Below are positions 39,860 to 53,455 of a stretch of DNA of 64,000 nt, in pieces (position 1 is the stretch's first letter; each line of letters begins with the position of its first letter). Where the stretch lies: the NCBI RefSeq assembly GCF_006345805.1, contig NC_043021.1, positions 14,074,001-14,138,000 on the forward strand, given 5' to 3'. The DNA is from Octopus sinensis (taxonomy: Eukaryota). Both the position numbers and the translations under genes were made by a program. The notes below the pieces were generated by a model. It was not told the origin of the DNA. It ran no database searches and was given only the letters and a program-made list of their open reading frames with translations.

Positions 39860-41168
39860 TTTTTTCTCTATGTGAATATATCTATTGTAATACAAAGTGT
39901 TTCATACAATGATATTGTTACTCTTCTGTACGATTTGATGCATGTGTAGTAAATTGTGCTTTATGAGGGAATGATTTACCACAGATATCGCACCGATATT
40001 GTTTCTCTTCTGCCTGAACGTGTTTGTGTTTAATCAAAGAATTGCTTTGAGAGAATGATTTAGCACACATATTATGGCTTTTGATATGGTTTTTGTCCAG
40101 TATGAATGTGTTTGTGTGTAGTTAAAGGAATCATTCCTAGAGAATGACTCATCACAGATGTCACAGTGTCTCTCTCCTGTACGCTTGTGTATATGTTTAG
40201 TTAAGTGAGAAGTTTCAATGAATGGTTTGCCACAGATATGACACTGATATTGTTTTTCTTCAGTATGACTGTATTTGCGAGTGGTTAAAGAATCACTTCA
40301 GGAGAAAGATTTATGACAGATATCACACTGATATGGTTTTCTCCTCTTAGTTAAGGGATCAGTTTTGGAGAATGATTTACCACAGATATCACAACTATAT
40401 GGCTTCTCTCCAATATGAATGCATTTGTGTCTGTTTAAGACACAATGCATTAACAGAGAATGATTTACTACAGATGTCACAGTGATACGGCTTCTCTCCT
40501 GTATGAGTGCATTTATGTTTAGTGAAGGGACCAGTTTCAAAGAATGATTTTTCATGGCTGTGTGGTTAGGGAGCTTGCTTCCTAGCTAAGTGGTTTCAGG
40601 TTCAGTCCCACTGCGTGGCACTTTGGGCAGGTGTCTTTTGCTATAGCCCCGAGCTGACCGAAGCTTTGTGATTGAATTCGGTTGGCGGAAGTTACTGCCT
40701 TGTGTGTATATGTGCGTGTAGGTGCTTGTGCCTCTCCCAAAGAGAGGGAATCGCAATAAGATGGGTTTTTTTCCCCTGTATGAATGAGCTTGTGTACAGT
40801 TAAGGAATTATTTTGAGTGAATGATTTTCTACAGATTTCACAGTGATATGATTTTCCAGATATCACAATGATATGGTTTTTCTCCTGTATGTGTGCGTTT
40901 GTGTGTCGTAAGTACACCTTTTTGAAGGAATCATTGACCACAGATGTGACAGTGATAAGGTTTCTCTCCAGAATGAATACGTTTGTGTAGTTAAGTTAAT
41001 TTTTGGAGAGAATGAGTTACCACAGATATCACAATGATATGGTTTCTCACCTGTGTGAATACATCTGTGAGGAGCAAGGATATCTTTCTGAGAATATGAC
41101 TTATGTACAGATATAATATTGGTAAGATGTATTAGATATGTCAGTTGGCATCTGATCTGTAAAACCAA
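39860..41168 (-). pseudogene. Decayed C2H2 zinc-finger array (about 12-13 finger units)
   Basis: Repeated HTGEKPY-C-x2-C-GKSFS units at about 84-bp period, with frameshifts, in-frame stops and a SINE insertion at about 40554-40747. Confidence 0.9.
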
Positions 41169-41892
41169 TGGTTGCTGTTATGTTAAACTGTTGTATATTC
41201 AAATTTAGCCAAATGTGTTTCTTTTTCAATATTTATTTTTGCTTGCAACAGCCTGTTCTTTTGATCAAACTATCGTATCTCCAGCTGCTTCAGATGCCAA
41301 GATATCAAAAATTGTCAAAGTGTAGAACAACAGTTTTGCTATGGAATAGCAAAAGTATTTTTATGTTTTCTGAAAAAGCAACCTTTTTTTACTTATGACA
41401 CTTTTGCATAATAGCAACAATATACAAATATATATATATATATATATACATACACACATATCTTTTATCTTTTACTTGCGTTAGTCATTGGGTTGTTGCA
41501 GTAATGCTGGAGCACTGCCCTGAAGGGTTTAGTCAAACAAATTGGGCTCAGTACTTATTTTACAATCTTCTACTTACTTATTCTATTGTTATCTTTTGTC
41601 AAACAGCTAAGTTTTAGTGGTGTAAACAAACTAACAGTGATTGTCAAGTGATAGTGGAGGACAAACACAAACATAAAGACATATGGGCTTCTTTCAGTTT
41701 CCGTCTATCAAATCCACTCACAATGCTTAGCTTGGCCTAGGGTTATAGTAGAAGACATTTGATGAAGGTGCCACACATTGGGACTGAACCTGGAACTGTG
41801 TACCTGGGAAACAAACTTCTTACCACACAGCCACACTTGTGACTATATATATATATATTATATATATATATATTAGTCTCCAATAAATATAT

Positions 41893-43631
41893 ATATATTA
41901 GTCTCCAATAAAAACACCCGTCTCTTACGTCTACAAGAACTTAAGGACACATTAACAAGCAGGGATTACCCTACGTCACTAATTGACAATGGGATCCAAC
42001 GCGCCCTAAAACTCAGCACACAGGAACTTAGACACCCTAAACCTGTTACATCGAAACCCCATACTCTACCATACATCTCTACACACAACACCCCCTCAAC
42101 AATGAAGCTTTTACACCATCCTCCAGAACATTCCTGTATTAAAAAAGGACCATAGAATGAACCAAATCCTCCTAACACACGAAATCATAAAGAGCAAAAG
42201 GCAACCAAATCATTGAAACCATCCTAACAAATGCCTAAGTACTGCCAACCACAACAACTAAACCCACAGTAAACAATGCAATAGACCCAACTGTGGTATT
42301 TGCATCAACCTAATAGAAGGTCCGGAATTCCTTTTTAAACAAGGACAACGTTTCACAGTAAAACACAACTTCACATGCGCATCAGAAAACGTAGTATATG
42401 TCTTAACTTGCTCGGGCTGTAATGAACACTACATAGGCCAAACTAAAAATAGCCTCCGCCAATGCATGACTGTCCACAGATCCCAAATAAAATACAGGAA
42501 TACAGAAAAATAGCACTTAGTGCACATATTGATACCTGTGCCGCACAACTTCATCCCAATTTTAGAATCTTTCCCCTCTACAAATTTAAAGACAATGCCA
42601 CTCATACCCAGCGAATTAGCATGGAATCCCACCTTATTAATAAATACAGACCACTTCTAAACACATCCCCCTAACACGAACCACAACAAACACACTTACA
42701 CCTGCACACACCCTACACACACTTTTACCCAGATATTAACACCATGACACACGCAAATATATGGTTCCACACATACACATAATTTGATACGGGTGCAAAA
42801 CATCCAACACTATTTTTTGGAAATGACTGTAAATATTGACTTCACACAAACACGTTGCTTCCCGATACAGGCACAAGGCCAGCAGAACTATAAATATTGA
42901 AAATTGTACCCACACACGCACACATACATACACGCGCACGCGCCCCAACATACATATAAACACATACAACACACACGTGCACACATACATACATATAGCT
43001 CTTCCTGTCCTAAACGAACTTACTTATCCAGCTCAAATTCAGCCAAGCGGAAAATACACTCCTTAACTACGCACTAAAAAGCTATTTAAAATATCCACAT
43101 GACCTCTACTAACCAGCCTGAACAATAAGAATTTTCAACAACACTATTTTCGAAAACTACTTACACCACCCACATCAACATTCATTCTAAACATTCACGT
43201 GACCTCTCTATTATGACCACATTCACGTGACCTCTTTATTATGACCAATAAGAAATTTTAGGCGTGATACTAGCCAAATTTTAACATCTCTGGAGCCTAT
43301 TTTCTTACCCCAACACCAACTTCCATTCAAACATTCACGTGACCCCTTTATAATGACCAATCAAAATTGTATTGACCATTGTCCACAAGAAATTTTAGGC
43401 GCGAAACCAAGCAAATCTTAAACAACTCTGGAGCCTCTTTTTTCACATATAAGAGACAGCAAACCCAACATAAAGTCAGATAAGAGAAAAAAATCAATCA
43501 GAAAGGAACTCTATCTCACTCAAAATATCTTTTGATAAGCATAACAAATGCGCAACCGGTAAAAAGAACTTTCACCTAATTAAATACACTCTCCCTTACT
43601 TAAATTATTTTGTCAGCATTTTCTTCATTTC

Positions 43632-43634
<3 letters not shown>
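41893..43634 (+). mobile_element. Penelope-like element, 5'-truncated (RT C-terminus, GIY-YIG endonuclease, 3' terminal region)
   Basis: NTRLLRLQELKDTLTSRDYPTSLIDNGIQRA and LPYISTHN, then FTCASENVVYVLTCSGCNEHYIGQTKNSLRQCMTVHRSQI...MESHLINKYRPLLN* (stop at 42674). Flanked by (TA)n at both ends. Confidence 0.88.
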
Positions 43635-43668
<34 letters not shown>

Positions 43669-43674
<6 letters not shown>

Positions 43675-44130
43675 GAAAGTAAGAAGAAAAAAGGGAAAAT
43701 GAATATTGAATATCAAAACAATAAAGGCTTTTTTATGAAAAGTAGCAATAAATAAATACAATTAGATGAACTGAGGTAGAATTAAGAGAAATTAAATTCA
43801 TTATTTTGAAGTGTTAAAGTGATACAAAGACAAACCGATATCATCATTGCTGTTCACTGGCTTGGAATGCATTCAAAGCCAGTGAACAGTAATGACGATA
43901 CCAGTTTGACTTTGTATCTCTTTGAATGCATTCAAAGCCAGTGAACAGCAATGATGATACCAGTTTGACTTTGAATCTCTTTAACAATTCAAAATAATGA
44001 ATTTAATTCCTCTTAATTCTACCACAGTTCATCTAATTGTATTTATTCATCACTACTTTTCATAAAAAAGTCTTTATTTCTTTTTGATATTCAATGCTTT
44101 TTTGCTTTTTTCTTCTTACTTTCTCCATAT
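43669..44130. repeat. Foldback (palindromic) element, about 460 bp, with a 59-bp internal tandem duplication
   Basis: Arms of about 200 bp invert around gaatgcattc (43865-43874); the unit starting gaatgcattcaaagccagtgaacag repeats at 43924. Confidence 0.9.
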
Positions 44131-45287
44131 CTTTACCACGTGTAGTTTCTATTTTCTTTTTGAAACATATTTCTATTGTGTATATATATATATATGTAAA
44201 AAGCACCTTTTGAGTGTGGGCCTCATGGAGGCAAGGTGGCTGATGTGGTGGCCAATGTTGGTGGCTCATGACAAGCACCTTTTGAGTGTTGGGCCTCACA
44301 GAGGCAATGATAGATGACCGAAGCGTTTGGCATAATGCTGTGCTTGAGAAGAAGACCTATCAAGTCAAGTGAAATCGTAGTTGTAGCTGATGCCAGTGTT
44401 GCATACCTGGCATCCATTCAAAGTATGGGCTGTGTAGAGGTAATGACAAGTGACTGAGACCTTTGGCAATATACTGTGCTTGAGAAGACCTGTCAAGTCA
44501 AGTGAGATCGTAGTCATGGCTGATGCTGGTGTTTTGTATAATTGGCACATAAAAAGCACCTGTTACACCCTTGGAGTGGTTGGCGTTACAAAAGGCATCC
44601 AGCTGTAGAAACCATGCCAAATCTGATTGAAACTTGGAGCAGCTCCCCAGCTTACCAGTTTTCAGTTAAACCATCCAACCCATGCCAGCATGGAAAAATG
44701 GATGTTAAATGATGATGATGATGATATATATACATAAAGGCGGTGAGCTGGCAGAAACGTTAGCACGCTGGGCGAAATGTTTAGCGGTATTTCGTCTGCT
44801 GCTACGTTCTGAGTTCAAATTCCACTGACGTCAACTTTGCCTTTCATCCTTTCGGGGTCGATTAAATAAGTACCAGTTACGCACTGGAGTCGATATAATC
44901 GACTTAATCCGTTTGTCTGTCCTTGTTTGTCCCCTCTGTGTTTGGCCATTTGTGGGTGGTAAAGAAATAGATACATATACATACTTATGTATATATATAT
45001 ATTTACGTATGTGTGTATGTCTTTGTGTTTGTGTCCATCCCCCATCACCACCACCACCGCATGATGACCGGTTCAACAATAGGTAACTGCTAGAATAAGT
45101 ACCAGAGTAAAAAACAGAAAACAAAAACCAACAAACCACAAACAAACAAGTACTGTGGCCAATTTGTTTGATAAAACTCCAAGGTGGAGTCACTGAAATA
45201 AAAGTGAAAGGTACAAGCCCAGCCCTCACTGGAAAACAGAAATGGAAAAGCAACGTATAAGAGATATACATTTTATAGCTTCTTTAA

Positions 45288-45508
45288 CCCTTTAGTGTTT
45301 AAACTGGCCAAATCCGGCCCAATATATTCTACATATTTTATATTCAAACTGGCCATATCTAGCCTCTCACACCTAACCTACATCGACATTCTAAAAATAA
45401 ACAATCACATCATTGAAACCTCAAAGCTATAAGGTAATGCATGATTAATTCAAAACAATTTAAATAAAAAACCATTACATTTAACAGAGTAATCTGAACA
45501 CTAAAGGG
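45288..45508. mobile_element. TTAA-flanked piggyBac-like MITE (221 bp)
   Basis: TTAA|CCCTTTAGTGTT...AACACTAAAGGG|TTAA. Confidence 0.85.
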
Positions 45509-46339
45509 TTAAATTCAGAGGCAATGTGTGTGTGTGTGTGTGTGCAAGACAATGAATGTGGGTTGGATAGATTCATAACAATAGCCAGACTAGTAATAGA
45601 ATTTGGTTGTTTTTTTGTATACAAGTCTGCTTGTTGAGAGAGTTATGTGTGTGTGTGTGTGGTGAAGTTTGCATTGTTAATGTTGATATTAGTGGTGCTG
45701 TGTGAGTTTTCACGTGTACATGTGTGTGTCGAGAAGGTTGTGTGGAGGGGGTAGTGTATTTGTGTGCATATTTTTGTATTTAGTGGTGAAATTTGCATTG
45801 TTGATGGTGGCTGCGAGTGTGTGTGTGTGTGCATGCATGTGTGTCTATAGAGAGAGAGTGTGTGAATGTGTGTGTGTGTGTGCATGTTTGTGTATTTACT
45901 GAAGTTTGCATTGTTGATGAGGCTGTTGGTGACTCTGTGTGTGTGTACAAGTGTGTGCATGTGTGTGCATTTAGTGAAGTTTGCATCGTTGATGGTACTG
46001 TAGGCAGCTCAATGTGTGGGTAGCGGGGTGTGTTTGAATCCGTCCTTGCCCTATTTAAGACTGGTTTAAGAGATTCAAAGAAGGGTGGGTTGATGTTCCC
46101 GATGGCCACAGTGCTGTGGTTCTGATGGTGTTGGTAGTGGGGGTGAGAGTGGCGAGGATGTTGGTGCAGGGGTGGCAGTGATGGTGTTGGTGGTTACATG
46201 CCGTCGTCACTAATATGCGTAGGTTGAGATATGTACAGTTTATGAGTTTCTCTATACGTAACCTGAGATATGTTTCAATGTATGTATGCACTCACCTCCA
46301 CACACATTCCCCCATATATATACATACATAAACACATAT

Positions 46340-46375
<36 letters not shown>

Positions 46376-46577
46376 GGCGTTAGGAAGGGCATCCAGCTGT
46401 AGAAACATTGCCAAATTAGACTGGAGCCTGGTGCAGCCTTCTGGCTTCCCAGAACCCCGGTCGAACCGTCCAACCCATGCTAGCATGGAGAACGGACGTT
46501 AAACGACGATGATGATGATGATGATGATATATATATACACATATATATACACACACATATACACATAAATACATATC

Positions 46578-46620
<43 letters not shown>

Positions 46621-47263
46621 ACATAAACACATATATACATATGTATATATATACATATATATCATATATATATACATACACATATACATGTGTGTATGTA
46701 TGTGTTGGTAATCATGTTTGTGGCGGCTCTATTATTGATGGTGGGGAAGGTGGTTGTTTGCATGACTTATCTACAAAAAAAGCATTCCAACTACAAAACA
46801 TGTACTAAATCAATAAATACCATTTCTAAGACCTTATTATCTAATTTGTCCTTCTGTTTCCAATACAGCTATAGCTAATTTGAGGGAAATTTAGTCGCTA
46901 TATCTGCAGTCTTGTCAGAGTACCACACACATATGTCTTTTGTTGCTGCATTCCCCATCCATAGGGCATTACATACATACATGTATTTATCCAAATTGAG
47001 GGAACAGAGCAGGTAAAATGCAGGTTACATATGTTTCCTAGCTAGCAGAACCTTGGAAGTAATAGTTATTCAATGAGAGGTACTCTGCTAGATACTCATC
47101 AGGCCGAAGATACCTTAGTTACATGACGGTTACATTGTTGTCAAGGAATCCCAAGTTAACTTACCAGAGATTCACATTCATAGCAACCCCGTTTGCTAAT
47201 CATGAACTATGAAAAAACTTTTTTCTGTTTATCGAACTTCAATATGAGAAAAATTTACAACCT

Positions 47264-47662
47264 TACTCTTTTACTTGTTTCAGTCATTTGACTGCAGCCA
47301 TGCTGGAGCACTGCCTTTAGTCGAGCAAATCGACCACAGGACTTATTCTTTGTAAGCCTAGTACTTATTCTATCGGTCTCTTTTGCTGAACCGCTAAGTG
47401 ACGGGGTTGCAAACACACCAGCATCGGTTGTCAAGCGATGCTGGGGGGGGGGGGCAAACACAGACACACAAACACACACATACACACACATATACATATA
47501 TACGACAGGCTTCTTTCAGTTTCCGTCTACCAAATCCACTCACAAGGCTTTGGTCGGCCCGAGGCTATAACAGAAGACACTTGCCCAAGGTGCCATGCAG
47601 TGGGACTGAACTTGGGACCATGTGTTTGGTAAGCAAGCTACTTATCACACAGCCACTCCTGT
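47264..47662 (-). mobile_element. SINE family A, full length
   Basis: Reverse match to the family A consensus. Confidence 0.9.
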
Positions 47663-48453
47663 GTGCAAATAAACTATTATTGTTCTTGAAAGTTGTTTTT
47701 TATATCTACCATAGACAGCTTGAAGCTTACTAACTTCCTACACTTAGATCCTTGGATTTTAGAATTACATATCATTACTCTGTAAAGTGGTTGGTGTTAG
47801 GAAGGGCATCCAGCTGTAAAACCCCTCTCAAAACAGACAGTGAAGTTGGTGCAGCATGGAAAAATGGACGTTAAAGGATGATGATGGTGACGATGATATA
47901 TATACATATTACCATCATCATCATCATCATGATATTACCTGGACCTCCCTTTTTCCAGGTATATATATATATATATATATACAGTATTTGTTCATCCAAT
48001 ACTGGTCAATAGAAACTGATGAGTACTCAAGTTTGTGAAGGAAGTGGGTATGGGAGGACAAAGGGTGAGATATAGAGGATGGTGTTGAAATATTTGGATT
48101 TTAGAGCACAATAGAAAGAGAAAAGGAGATGAAAATAAAAAGACTATTGTTTGATATTAACTGGCCTGTCAGAGATCAGTGCAGTGAGAATTGGGGTGGT
48201 AGTGAAGAAAATGTGTTGAGGGGAGTGAAGTTAACCACAGAGAATGAATGTGTGTGTGTGTGTGTAAGTACAAGTGTGGCTGTGTGGTAAGAAGCTTGCA
48301 TCTCAACCACATGGTTCCAGATTCAGTCCTACTGCTTGGCATCTTGGGCAAGTGTCTTTCTTCTACTACAGCCTGACCAATGTGTTGTCAGTGGATTTGG
48401 TAGATGGAAGCTGAAAGAAGCCTGTTGCACACACACACACACACACACACATA

Positions 48454-49718
48454 CACATGACAGAAATAAATAGACACACTTATAATCATTAAAATGTATT
48501 TAAATCTGAAATTATACATTCAAGTTATTTATTAATTGCTATAATGTGAATATTTAATATTTAGTAGACATGCCCTTTGTATATTTTTAGTGCAAGGACG
48601 CTATTATGTAGGTTACTGTTCAGATGACAAATATTCTCTTGTGGAATTTCTTGCCAAATTTGATGCAGTAATCTCAAAAGATCTGGCTTTGAAGATGCTT
48701 TCCTGTTCTTTTTATGAAGTATTCTGTCTATTATGTCCCAGAGATGTTCAATAGAGTTCATATCTGGTGACTGGTTTGGCCATGGAAGCTCTTTAATGCC
48801 ATTCTCATCAAACAAATCTTGGGTCATTTTAGCCGTGTGACAAGGAGCTGCATCTTCCATAAATAAAGAGTCTTCTTTAATCAATTCACCACTGGAGACG
48901 ATTGGAAGGTGCCCTTTCTGCAATATGGACACATATTTATCTGAATTTGTGTTTCCCTCACACTCCAGTAGATCTGATGAACTATTGCTCCAAATTGCTT
49001 CCCAGACCATCACAAAATAGCTGCCATGTTTCATTGTTGGGTGCAATCTTTTCACACCAAATTCTTGATCACAGAGTTTCTAGACTCACACTCGATCACT
49101 GTCAGGAAATACAGCAAATCTGGACTCATCAGAGAATATGATAGTGTCCCAAAATGCTAGAGACCTCTCCACCATCTCACTGGCCCAGTTTTTTCTCCAC
49201 TTGATGTTGGCTGGTCGAAGGAATGGCTTCCTTCTTGCTGCTCTGCTACAGTAACCAAGTTTGTGGAGATTCCTGACAGCTGTTTTGGGACTGACGTCAA
49301 CTTGTTCTGGTATGTCAGAGGCCTTGCAATGAAGATTATCCTCCACACTTCTCTTAGTAAAGGGAAGGGTCCTGTCTGAGAGCCCTGGCTGCTCTGGGCA
49401 AGGTGAGGACTCCTTCCCCTTCTGGTGAATTGCTCAGTTACTCTATTATCTGTAGAAAGTGGGATCCCAAGGTTTTCTGTGATTTTACGCACACTAAGTC
49501 CACCTTCAGAATGACCCACAATATGGCCTCTTTGAAATTCAGACAGTTCCAAGGCTTCTTTTGTACACAGCACAATTAAACAGTCACATATAGAACTTGA
49601 AATATAAAAATGTCAATTAATAAAGAACATAAACCTTTACAAGTTAGAATAAACATAAAATGATTTACTTCTGTCGTGTCTATTTCCGTCATGTCTATTT
49701 ACTTCTGTCATGTCAACG
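48454..49718 (-). mobile_element. Tc1 (DD34E) transposon, near full length, pseudogenised
   Basis: TIR catgacagaa(a/g)taaatagaca at both ends. Peptides LSEFQRGHIVG (HTH), IIFSDESRF and FMEDAAPCH...WPNQSPDMNSIE (34 residues between D and E), spread across three frames. Confidence 0.92.
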
Positions 49719-51711
49719 TATATATCATCATCATCATCATCATCATCGTTTAATGTCCGCTTTCCATGCTAGAATGGGTTGGACGTTTTGACTGAGGACT
49801 GGCGAACCAGATGGCTGCACCAGGCTTCAATCTTGATCTGGCAGAGTTTCTACTGCTGGATGCCATTCTTAAGGCCAACCACTCCGAGAGTGTAGTCGGT
49901 GCTTTTACGTGCCACTGGCACAAGGGCCAGACAGGCAGTACTGGCAATGACCATGCTCAAGTGGTGTTTTTTATGTGCTACCTGCACAGGAGCCAGTCCA
50001 GCGGCACTGGCAAAGACCTCGCTCGAATGTTTTTTTACATGTCACTGGCACAAGTGCCAGTAAGGTGACACTGGTAATGATCACGCTCGAATGGTACTTT
50101 TTACGTGCCACTTGGCTGCTCTGGCAACGATTACGCTCGGATGGTGCTCTTAGCGCTCCACTAGCACGGATGCCGGTCATCGAATTTGATTTCGATTTAT
50201 ATATATATATGTGTATGTGTCTTTGTGTCTGTGTTTTTCCCCCAGCACTACTTGACAACTGGCGTTAGTTAATGTTTTTATGCCCCTTGTAGTTCATCAA
50301 AAGTGATTGATAAAATAAGTACCAGGCTTAAAAATAAAAGCTCTGCTATCAATTCATTCAACTAAAATTCCTCAAGGCAGTATCCTAGCATGACTGCAGC
50401 TTTTGAGGATGTACAATTCTCCATTCTTATAAGGCAACAAGCTGGCAGAAACGTTACCATGCCGGGTGACATGCTTAGTGGTATTTCTTCTGTCTTTACG
50501 TTCTGAGTTCAAATTCCACCGAGGTCAACTTTGCCTTTCATCCTTTCGGGGTTGATAAATTAAGTACAAGTTGCGTACTGGGGTCAATCTAATCGAATGG
50601 TCCTTTTCCCCAAAATTTCAGGCTTTGTGCCTGGAGTAGAAATGAATTTTCCATTCTTATTTTTTTGGTGTCTTATACATAAATATGTATGTACGTAAGT
50701 ACATAAGTTCATTGATCTCATAAGAAGTTTTTATAAGCTTTTAAGAGAATTTTAAATAATGTTTTTTTGCAACTTTGGCTTTCACATCACATAAAAGGCT
50801 TTTCAACCCAATATTTAAATGCTTTCATTTATAACTTTATGTGACATGCCTCAAGTGACAATGACCCACACACACACACACACAATTATGTATATATGCA
50901 CATATATGTGTGTGTGTGTGTGATATGTTATATTTAAATACAGAGAATATGAAAAATATATACATGAAAATGGGGCATGGACAAGAAACTATAAAAACAG
51001 CAATAAATACATAAAAACCTCAATAACAGCAAATAAAATTTATACACACACACACACATAAAATAGTACATAGAGTCATGTAAACAGAAATATTTGTATG
51101 TCCTTGCATACATCCATGAATATACATACAAATGCATATTTATATATATGTGTGTGTGTGTTTATGTATATGGTTTGATAAATGGAAAGATATGAACAGC
51201 CTAGATACATACATAATACATGCATGCATACAAATATACAGACACATATATCTATATATCTATGTGTGTGTGTGAGAGAGAGAGTGTGTGTTTGTAGACC
51301 TGCATAGTATACATACAAACATGTCAATTTACCTCCAATATTAGTTTTGGCATAGCTTCTACAACTGGATACCTTTCCTAACACCAACCATTTAACAGAG
51401 TAGGCTAGTTGCTTTTCTTTTTTATGGCACCAACAACTGTGAGGTCACCAAGTAATTCACAAAACTAAAAGGAGACCCCCTCAACTGAATGTGTATATAC
51501 ATAGGCACAGGTGTGGCTGTGTGGTAAGAAGTTTGTTGCTTCCCAACCACATGGTTCTGGGTTCAGTCCCAATATGTGGCACCTTGAGCAAGTGTCTTCT
51601 ACTATAGCCTTCAGCCAACCAAAGCCTTTTGAGTGGATTTAGTAGATGGAAACTGAAAGAAGCCTCTTGTGTGTGTATATATATATATATATATATGTAG
51701 CCCATTGTGTG

Positions 51712-51742
<31 letters not shown>

Positions 51743-52440
51743 TTGAACCTCACCCTGCCTAACAAGTGATGCTGGTTTGTTTGCATCCCTGCAATTTTAC
51801 AGTTTGGCAAAAGAGACTGGTAGAATAAGTACCTGGTTTACAAAAAAGAAAAAAAAAAAGAAAGAAAAATGTACTGGAAACGATTCATGTGAATAAATGT
51901 TCTTCAAAGTGATGCTCCACCATGGCTGCAGTCTAATGACTGAAACAGGTAAAAGATAAAAAAAAACAAAGATAGACTACAGCAATTACTTACAAGTCAT
52001 TCTGACCTGCCTGCTAGCATATATCATGCTTTTGTTAATTGCTTTAGGAGCCCATGTGTCCCTGTGAAAATCATGACACCCACTTGTCCCTCTTATACTT
52101 AAGCAAGTTGAACATATTGGTACTTGTGGTGGTATTCACCAGCAGTGGGTTGAGCCGGTTCCAACCAACAAGTTCTCCAAGTTTGTGTTCGGAATTTCAA
52201 TAGGAATACGTTTACATGTGGTTTCCAGTCACATGTCAGGAGGGGGAGACTGCTGTGCAAGCATGGGACGGCATTGGTACTCCTTTGCATGACTCCAAGA
52301 GAGTGGAGGATAAAGTGTTTATGAGTGAGATCTTAATTCAGAGCTTAGAGAGTTAGAATAAATATTGTAAAATATTGATCTCATTGGTCTGAGATGTCTC
52401 AGCCAATTGATCACCTAACAAATGTGTGTGTGTGTATGTC

Positions 52441-52655
52441 CCATCAGGGAAATGGCCCTAGACAAATCATAGATCTGTTCAGGGAGATGGCTCCAGACAA
52501 ATTACAGATCTGTTCAGGGAGATGGCCCTAGACAAATCACAGATCCCATCAGGGAAATGATCCTAGATAAATCACAGATCCTTTCAGGGAGATGGCCCCA
52601 GAAAAATCACAGATACCTTCAAGGAGATGGCCCTAGACAAATCACAGATCCCTTC
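52441..52655 (+). repeat. 35-bp minisatellite, 6 units
   Basis: Consensus ccttcagggagatggccctagacaaatcacagatc, running directly into an RTE fragment. Confidence 0.92.
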
Positions 52656-53095
52656 AGAGGGGATGGCCCTGCTTAGTTTGTAGAAAAGGTGTTGGGAGAA
52701 ACTCCATATGGTGTACTCGGTGAAAGCTATGAACACATAAGAGGTGCAGTGGTATTACTGGAAGACAAACAAAGAAAATAGTCTTTACATGTAGCAAATG
52801 TGCCGGTACATTAAGCACCAGGAGTGAACAGAAAATAGACTCCCTCAAATGTCAGGGATCCTTAGAAGTAGTAGACAGCTATTAGTGGCAGGAGGCTGTT
52901 TTGAAAGCATAGCTGCTAGAATAAGAGTAGGCTGGACAAAGTTCAGAGAGCTGCTACCATTGTTAGTAACAAAGGGCCTTTCCCTCAAAGTGAAAGGCAG
53001 ATTGTATGATGCCTGTGTACGAACAGCTATGCTACATGACAGGGAGACATGGGTTGTGACTACTGAGGATATGCAAAGGCTTGAAAGAAATGAAG
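52635..53095 (+). mobile_element. Degenerate RTE LINE fragment
   Basis: gatggccctgc..tgtagaaaaggtgttggg (WPC..CRKGVG) and ARIRVGWTKFRELLPLLVTKGLSLKVKGRLYDACVRTAMLH. Confidence 0.9.
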
Positions 53096-53236
53096 CCCAA
53101 TTTTTTTTTACTCATATCCACCAGTGAATTTATAAAAATTCACATTTATGCATATGAGTCTCCTCAGGGTAATATTTGTTCAGAAAAACAAAAATTTCAT
53201 CCAAGGACTGCTAAATCAGAAAAGAGACTGATTTAA

Positions 53237-53455
53237 CCCTTTAGTGTTCAGATTACTCTGTTAAATGTAAAATTTTTTACTCAAATTGTTTTTAATTAAT
53301 CATGCATTATCTTATAGCTTTGAGGTTTCAATGACGTGATTGTTCGTTTTTAGAATGTCAATGTAGGTAAGGTGTGAGAGCCCTGATCTGGTCAGTTTAA
53401 ACATAAATTAGGTAGAAAACTTCGGCCGGATATGGCCAGTTTAAACACTAAAGTG
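53237..53455. mobile_element. TTAA-flanked piggyBac-like MITE (219 bp), inverted relative to 45288
   Basis: TTAA|CCCTTTAGTGTT...AACACTAAAGTG|TTAA. Confidence 0.82.

Noticed and set aside
47060-47115. CTGATGAG on the minus strand (and at about 48017 on the plus strand) as hammerhead cores
   Set aside because: No closing stem II followed by GAAA and no stem I partner.
52099-52290. GC-richer unique block with short open frames
   Set aside because: No recognisable protein motif and no convincing splice-site pair.
52441-52655. CRISPR-like regular 35-bp repeats
   Set aside because: There are no unique spacers, the units are contiguous and RTE-derived, and the context is eukaryotic with no cas genes.
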